From positions 1 through 64,000 of IMG/VR virus record IMGVR_UViG_3300010231_000003: a stretch of DNA of 64,000 nucleotides. The stretch is one strand, 5' to 3'. Position numbers and translations under genes: made by a program. Below are positions 59,410 through 64,000 of this stretch, one piece after another. The notes under the pieces are model-generated. The model had not been told where the DNA came from. It saw only the letters and a list, made by a program, of their open reading frames with translations, and searched no databases. Position 1 is the first letter of the stretch. Each line of letters starts with the position of its first letter. The DNA is from a virus.

Positions 59410-59658
59410 ATGACCCGTATGATTATCGACCTCGAAGCAAACCCGTTCGGTATGAACGGTGGTATCAACGCTGGCGAGCTTGCGATCTTTGTAGTGAAGC
59501 CAAACGACATCAAATCGAAAGTGCCGGAAGTTCACATCCTGAAGCAGCGGCCGGGACCGTACGAATTCGCTCTGCACCCTCGATTCCTGTTCAGCGAGAC
59601 GCCGGAGCAACGGGCCAAACGTGAACTCGGCTTCCCGATTGAAGGAGTGGAGCCATGA
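59410..59658 (+). CDS. hypothetical protein
   Basis: Start at ATG 59410 (MTRMIIDLEANPFG..). 82 aa. Confidence 0.55.
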   Translation: MTRMIIDLEANPFGMNGGINAGELAIFVVKPNDIKSKVPEVHILKQRPGPYEFALHPRFLFSETPEQRAKRELGFPIEGVEP

Positions 59659-59852
59659 AACGGAACTCCCCGGAGTGGAAAAGGATGATAGGCCACAGGC
59701 AACTGAATGATGACGGGTTTACGTACCCGTACGGCCGGTTCCCGTTTAACTACAACACAAGGTCTGCCAGTATTAAACGGCAGATTCGAAGCGACAAACG
59801 CGCTGTTCGTCAAGCTGAAACGCGCAGACTGGAAAAGGAGGAAGAACAATGA
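59655..59852 (+). CDS. hypothetical basic small protein
   Basis: 65 aa, ATGA coupling to the upstream gene. Confidence 0.5.
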   Translation: MKRNSPEWKRMIGHRQLNDDGFTYPYGRFPFNYNTRSASIKRQIRSDKRAVRQAETRRLEKEEEQ

Positions 59853-60283
59853 ACAAGATCGATTCGTTCAGGGGCGAGCATCGCTTCCTGTCTAACTTCT
59901 GGAACGTCTACGTGACCTATGACAGCGTTACGTACCCAACCGTAGAGCATGCCTACCAAGCTGCGAAGACGCTGGAGCCGGAGTTCCGTAGGGCTATCTG
60001 CTACGCTACGACAGGCGATGCGAAGCGTATGGGCCGTCAGGTTCCGATGCGCCCGGACTGGGAGACGGCTAAACTCGGCATCATGGACGGCCTGCTGCGT
60101 CAGAAGTTCAGTGACCCGGAGCTGGCGGAACGGTTGCTGGCTACGGGCGATGCCGAACTCATCGAAGGTAACACGTGGGGCGACTACTACTGGGGCGTAT
60201 GCAACGGGGAGGGTCAAAACTGGCTGGGTAAGCTGCTGATGGCTATCCGGGAAGACATTCGCAATTACGGAGGAACGAAGTGA
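59849..60283 (+). CDS. NADAR (YbiA/DUF1768) family protein
   Basis: GEHRFLSNFW..YPTVEHAYQAAK..GNTWGDYYWG signature. 144 aa. Confidence 0.85.
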   Translation: MNKIDSFRGEHRFLSNFWNVYVTYDSVTYPTVEHAYQAAKTLEPEFRRAICYATTGDAKRMGRQVPMRPDWETAKLGIMDGLLRQKFSDPELAERLLATGDAELIEGNTWGDYYWGVCNGEGQNWLGKLLMAIREDIRNYGGTK

Positions 60284-60765
60284 AGCTCGTCATCGCAGGA
60301 AGCCGGAGCATCCGGGACTATAACGTCACGCGTCAGGCCATCATCGAATCCGGCCTCTGGGCCAAGTACGGCAAGAAGATTCACGTCATCTCTGGCGAAG
60401 CCGAAGGCCCGGACAAACACGGGGAAATCTTCGCTGAAAAGGCGGGACTGAAGCTTACGAAGAAGCCCGCTGACTGGGGCAACGTGAAAGCACGTGGGGC
60501 AGTGGTACGTCACAACAGTCGTGGGCCGTACAACGCTCTGGCGGGCCACTGGCGTAACGAAGAGATGGCACAGATGGCCGATGCCGCTCTGATTGTGTGG
60601 GACGGTCGTAGCACTGGCTCCCTCGATATGCTGCACCGTATGATCGCTCTGGACAAGCCTGCGTACTTGTTCCCGCTGCGTATCGACGCTGACGCATTGG
60701 ACCGGCTGCAAGACAAGTGCGAAATTATTTTTCCAAATAGCTTGACTGAGCGTAAGAAACTGTAG
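60280..60765 (+). CDS. SLOG-superfamily (DUF2493-like) protein
   Basis: KLVIAGSRSIRDY..VISGEAEGPDKHGE pattern. GTG start. 161 aa. Confidence 0.5.
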   Translation: MKLVIAGSRSIRDYNVTRQAIIESGLWAKYGKKIHVISGEAEGPDKHGEIFAEKAGLKLTKKPADWGNVKARGAVVRHNSRGPYNALAGHWRNEEMAQMADAALIVWDGRSTGSLDMLHRMIALDKPAYLFPLRIDADALDRLQDKCEIIFPNSLTERKKL

Positions 60766-60770
60766 ATAAT
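60742..60770 (+). promoter_or_regulatory. sigma70-type promoter
   Basis: TTGACT-N17-GATAAT. Confidence 0.55.
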
Positions 60771-60818
60771 ACTACCTATCGCAACCAAGCCCGTCAGGGC
60801 AAACCAAAGGAGAACGAA

Positions 60819-61142
60819 ATGAATACCGCAGATATCCTGAAAGCAGCGAAAGCAAAGATCGCTAACCCCGCCAACTGGATGCAGGGCTTTTACGCTCGTG
60901 ACATCAACGGCAATGAGCTGATCGGTAACGAACCGGGAGCTGTATGCTTCTGCGCTATCGGCGCTATCGAGTCCGTGCAGGGCATCGAACATCACGGGAA
61001 CGGCTGGGCTGAACGTCCTGTCGAGCTGCTGTGCGAAGCTGCAAACCAGCAGATCGCTATCTACAACGACGGTCACACGCACGAAGAAGTGCTGGCTGTG
61101 TACGACAAGGCCATCGCTGCCGCTGAGAAAGAAAGTGCTTGA
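60819..61142 (+). CDS. hypothetical protein
   Basis: 107 aa, leader aaaccaaaggagaacgaa. Confidence 0.65.
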   Translation: MNTADILKAAKAKIANPANWMQGFYARDINGNELIGNEPGAVCFCAIGAIESVQGIEHHGNGWAERPVELLCEAANQQIAIYNDGHTHEEVLAVYDKAIAAAEKESA

Positions 61143-61276
61143 CCCGGACGACGTTTATGAGCTACGATGTGAAGTACGTAGCAAGCACAACAAGCGTTGC
61201 CAATGCGACGTAGAATGGGGCACATGCCCCGGACCAACCAACTGCCTGTATTCGGGCTATGAACAAGGAGAAGATA

Positions 61277-61708
61277 ATGAGTATCACTTCCAATCTGGAA
61301 ACCCTGCTGGCGGCAGTTGAAGCACAGCCGGAAGATAATTTCGACCTGAGCCACTTCCGGCAGGATACCGCTTGCGGTACAAACTTCTGTACCCTCGGCC
61401 TCGCCTGTACCATGCCGAAATTTCGGGAGATGGGCTTCAGCCTGCGCGAAGAGTTGAATACCTTCGCACCAAGCGGTTTCTCCTATCACGCACAGGTCAA
61501 CGGCCTCTCCGCTATGTGGGGTAACAGGACGGATTTCGCCTTTGGTACGAACTCGTACGAGCGCCTGTTCGAACCTGCGGATGACGGCAATCTGGACGAA
61601 GAACTTGGTTATGAGTTCGACTACGATACGGACACAGCCAACATGTCGGACAAAGAGCTGGCTATCGCACGCCTGAAGAAACAAATCGAACTGATGAAAG
61701 GGGAATAA
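61277..61708 (+). CDS. hypothetical protein
   Basis: Start at ATG 61277 (MSITSNLETLL..) after acaaggagaagataa. Confidence 0.6.
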   Translation: MSITSNLETLLAAVEAQPEDNFDLSHFRQDTACGTNFCTLGLACTMPKFREMGFSLREELNTFAPSGFSYHAQVNGLSAMWGNRTDFAFGTNSYERLFEPADDGNLDEELGYEFDYDTDTANMSDKELAIARLKKQIELMKGE

Positions 61709-61710
61709 CA

Positions 61711-61911
61711 ATGAGCCGCAACCAACGTGAAGGTAAATTCGTTCCGGGCTGGTGCCTCAATCCGAACATGGTGAAGGACAAGAATGGCGTCTACCGTCAC
61801 GGCGTCCGTGCTGGCAAGTACGCTGACCTGAAGGGCGTCCGTAACGCTTTCGATGGCTACACTACCGTCCCCGGCCTGACCTTCATCCGCTCGCTGCGTG
61901 TGGGAGTGTAA
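61711..61911 (+). CDS. hypothetical small protein
   Basis: 66 aa, RBS aaaggggaataaca. Confidence 0.55.
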   Translation: MSRNQREGKFVPGWCLNPNMVKDKNGVYRHGVRAGKYADLKGVRNAFDGYTTVPGLTFIRSLRVGV

Positions 61912-61912
61912 G

Positions 61913-62743
61913 ATGAGTGTGTATCTCGACACCTTTGCCAAGGACGTAACGAAGACTACCTTCCCCGGTGGCGAGTCGTGCATCCGCATCAATCCGGAAT
62001 CGTTCCGTGGCGTACCGGGCTACGAAGCCGTGGTCGTGCTGGAGTTCGAAAGCAACAGCGATCTGTTCGATCTGGCTCTGCTGGTGGACGCCTACCGGCG
62101 TATCGTTCCGGGCGGGAAGCTGATCTTGCGTATGCCGTACGTACCGTACGCTCGCCAAGACCGCGTGTGCAACCCCGGCGAAAGCCTGTCGATCAAGGTC
62201 GTGGCAGACTTCATCAACGCGCTGAAGTTCGAAATGGTCGTTATATTCGATCCGCACTCGGACGTAGCAACTGCCCTGTTCGATAACGTGTCAGTGATCC
62301 CGCAGGAGTGGTATGCTGTGACCGTCGCCCGTCGCTGGGGCGATCCAAGTAACGCTATCGTGGTAGCCCCGGACACGGGCGCTTCGAAGAAGGCTTTCAA
62401 GTTCTTCCAGAAGGGTCAGTTCGGCGGGTTCGTAAAAGCGGACAAGGTGCGTGATCCGTTGAGCGGTAAGATCGTGGCTACGAGCGTGGCAGGCATTCCA
62501 CACATCGGTGATAAAGACTTCCTGATCGTGGACGACATCTGCGATGGTGGCCGTACGTTCACTGAACTGGCGAAAGTGCTGCGTCCACTGACGAACGGTA
62601 ACATCGTACTGTACACTACGCACGGCATTTACAGCTACGGCACGGAAGTGTTTGACAACCTGATCGATGCTGTGTACACTGTGAATCCTGTCGGGCCGAA
62701 AGCGAGAGACGCAATCGCATCCGGCAAGGTAATCAAGCTATAA
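61913..62743 (+). CDS. ribose-phosphate pyrophosphokinase (Prs) homologue; candidate ADPR-pyrophosphate synthetase of a NARP1-type pathway
   Basis: FDPHSD, VAPDTGASKKA and PRPP loop LIVDDICDGGRTF. Start at ATG 61913. 276 aa, shorter than cellular Prs. Confidence 0.8.
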   Translation: MSVYLDTFAKDVTKTTFPGGESCIRINPESFRGVPGYEAVVVLEFESNSDLFDLALLVDAYRRIVPGGKLILRMPYVPYARQDRVCNPGESLSIKVVADFINALKFEMVVIFDPHSDVATALFDNVSVIPQEWYAVTVARRWGDPSNAIVVAPDTGASKKAFKFFQKGQFGGFVKADKVRDPLSGKIVATSVAGIPHIGDKDFLIVDDICDGGRTFTELAKVLRPLTNGNIVLYTTHGIYSYGTEVFDNLIDAVYTVNPVGPKARDAIASGKVIKL

Positions 62744-62793
62744 GAACCACTCGCTACGTAGGTGGCGAGAAACTACCAACCAAGGAGAAAACA

Positions 62794-64000
62794 ATGAAAG
62801 TCAAACCACACCTGATCCTCGATTCGTACAAACTGGGCCACATCGATCAGTACCCGGAAGGCACGCAGTACGTGTATTCCAACCTGACGGCACGTTCGGC
62901 TGGTCATGCCAAGATGGGCAAGCTGTACGATAACAAGGTTGTGTTCGTCGGCCTGCAAGGCTTCGTGAAAGAATTCCTGATCGAAGTATGGGACGAATAC
63001 TTCTTCAAGCGCCCGAAGGACGAAGTGATTGCTGAATACAAGCGCCGCTGCGACAACTTCCTCGGCCCGGATACCGTTCGTACCGACCACATCGCCGCTC
63101 TGCACGATCTGGGCTACCTGCCCATCGTCATCAAGGCGCTGCCGGAAGGTTCCCGTGTGGACATCAAGGTTCCGTTCCTGACGATTCGTAACACGCTGCC
63201 GCAATTCTTCTGGCTGACGAACTATCTGGAAACGGTGTTGTCGGACGAACTCTGGCAACAAATCACGGTAGCGACCACTACGTACGAATATCGTCGCATC
63301 CTGAACAAGTATGTGGAACTCACCGGCTCCGACATCGACTTTGCCGATTGGCAGATTCACGACTTCTCGATGCGTGGTATGGTCGGCTGGCACGGTGCAG
63401 CCAAGGGCGGTGCTGCTCACCTGTTCATCTCGCGTGGTACGGATACGCTCCCGGCTATCGACTATCTGGAAGAGTACTACAACGCGGACGTGACGAAGGA
63501 ACTGGTCGCTGGCTCCGTGCCTGCTACCGAACACTCGGTCATGTGCATGGGCGGTCAAGGGCTGCTGGGCGAAGAAGAGCTGGCTACGTTCCGTCGTCTC
63601 ATCACGAAGGTGTATCCGGGCGGTATCGTATCCATCGTATCGGATACGTGGGACTTCTGGCGTGTCATCACGGTGTACGCTCGTGAGCTGAAGGACGAGA
63701 TTCTGGCTCGCAAGGTGAACGCTCTGGGCCAAGCCAAGGTCGTGTTCCGTCCTGACTCGGGTGATCCGGTCAAGATCATCACTGGCCTGACGGTGTACGA
63801 GCTGACGGGTGAGCGTTGGGACGACTGTGATGCACTGGCGTATGGTGGGTACGATGTGGTCAAGCAGGATGGGAAGTTCTATACGTTCAACGTCACCTAC
63901 TACCCAGACGGTAGCCCACGCGACTTCCGCGTCAACAAGGACGTAGAGGTGCCTGAGCACGAAGTCAAAGGTGCTGTGGAATGCCTGTACGACATCTTCG
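62794..64000 (+). CDS. nicotinamide phosphoribosyltransferase (Nampt) family protein; C-terminus lies outside the window
   Basis: Open frame from ATG 62794 after actaccaaccaaggagaaaaca. LILDSYKLGHIDQYPEG.., HDFSMRGM, GTDTLPAID and ATEHSVM motifs. The long minus-strand ORF 62773-63960 is a shadow. Confidence 0.85.
   Translation, partial: MKVKPHLILDSYKLGHIDQYPEGTQYVYSNLTARSAGHAKMGKLYDNKVVFVGLQGFVKEFLIEVWDEYFFKRPKDEVIAEYKRRCDNFLGPDTVRTDHIAALHDLGYLPIVIKALPEGSRVDIKVPFLTIRNTLPQFFWLTNYLETVLSDELWQQITVATTTYEYRRILNKYVELTGSDIDFADWQIHDFSMRGMVGWHGAAKGGAAHLFISRGTDTLPAIDYLEEYYNADVTKELVAGSVPATEHSVMCMGGQGLLGEEELATFRRLITKVYPGGIVSIVSDTWDFWRVITVYARELKDEILARKVNALGQAKVVFRPDSGDPVKIITGLTVYELTGERWDDCDALAYGGYDVVKQDGKFYTFNVTYYPDGSPRDFRVNKDVEVPEHEVKGAVECLYDIF

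Overview
This window is part of a large, virulent-looking tailed dsDNA phage. Its signals are proteobacterial: sigma70 TTGACA-N17-TATAAT promoters, TTATCCACA DnaA boxes and an SSB ending in DDDIPF.

Layout, left to right:
- 1-6.6 kb: leftward head and structural genes (protease, portal, large terminase, fibre-like proteins).
- 6.7-9.8 kb: leftward array of about 23 tRNA genes plus tRNA fragments, interrupted by an HNH endonuclease and a small membrane protein. With one more tRNA at 50.3 kb, all 20 amino acids are covered.
- 9.8-11.4 kb: two more leftward HNH genes and a promoter-driven structured leader.
- 11.6-17.2 kb: rightward genes, including a serine recombinase, an HD (SpoT-like) hydrolase and RtcB.
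- 17.2-18.9 kb: coding desert holding 13 copies of a GCC-N3-GGC palindrome.
- 18.9-25.85 kb: AT-richer leftward block of about 24 small ORFs, including ArdA, with repeated intergenic hairpins.
- 25.9-27.3 kb: oriC-like non-coding region with seven perfect DnaA boxes, a 9-mer iteron and AT-rich palindromes.
- 27.3-30.1 kb: leftward cassette flanked by a duplicated regulatory segment.
- 30.1-64 kb: rightward replication and nucleotide-metabolism operons. These encode DNA ligase, RNA ligase, a ThyX-like protein, primase-helicase, UvrD-like helicase, family A DNA polymerase, SSB, an exonuclease, MazG, class II RNR, NADAR, a SLOG protein, and a Prs-like plus Nampt-like pair.

Nearly every operon starts with a near-consensus sigma70 promoter followed by a conserved CA-rich leader (AACCAACCAAGGAGA).

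All calls come from reading the sequence and from motif recall. No database search was run.
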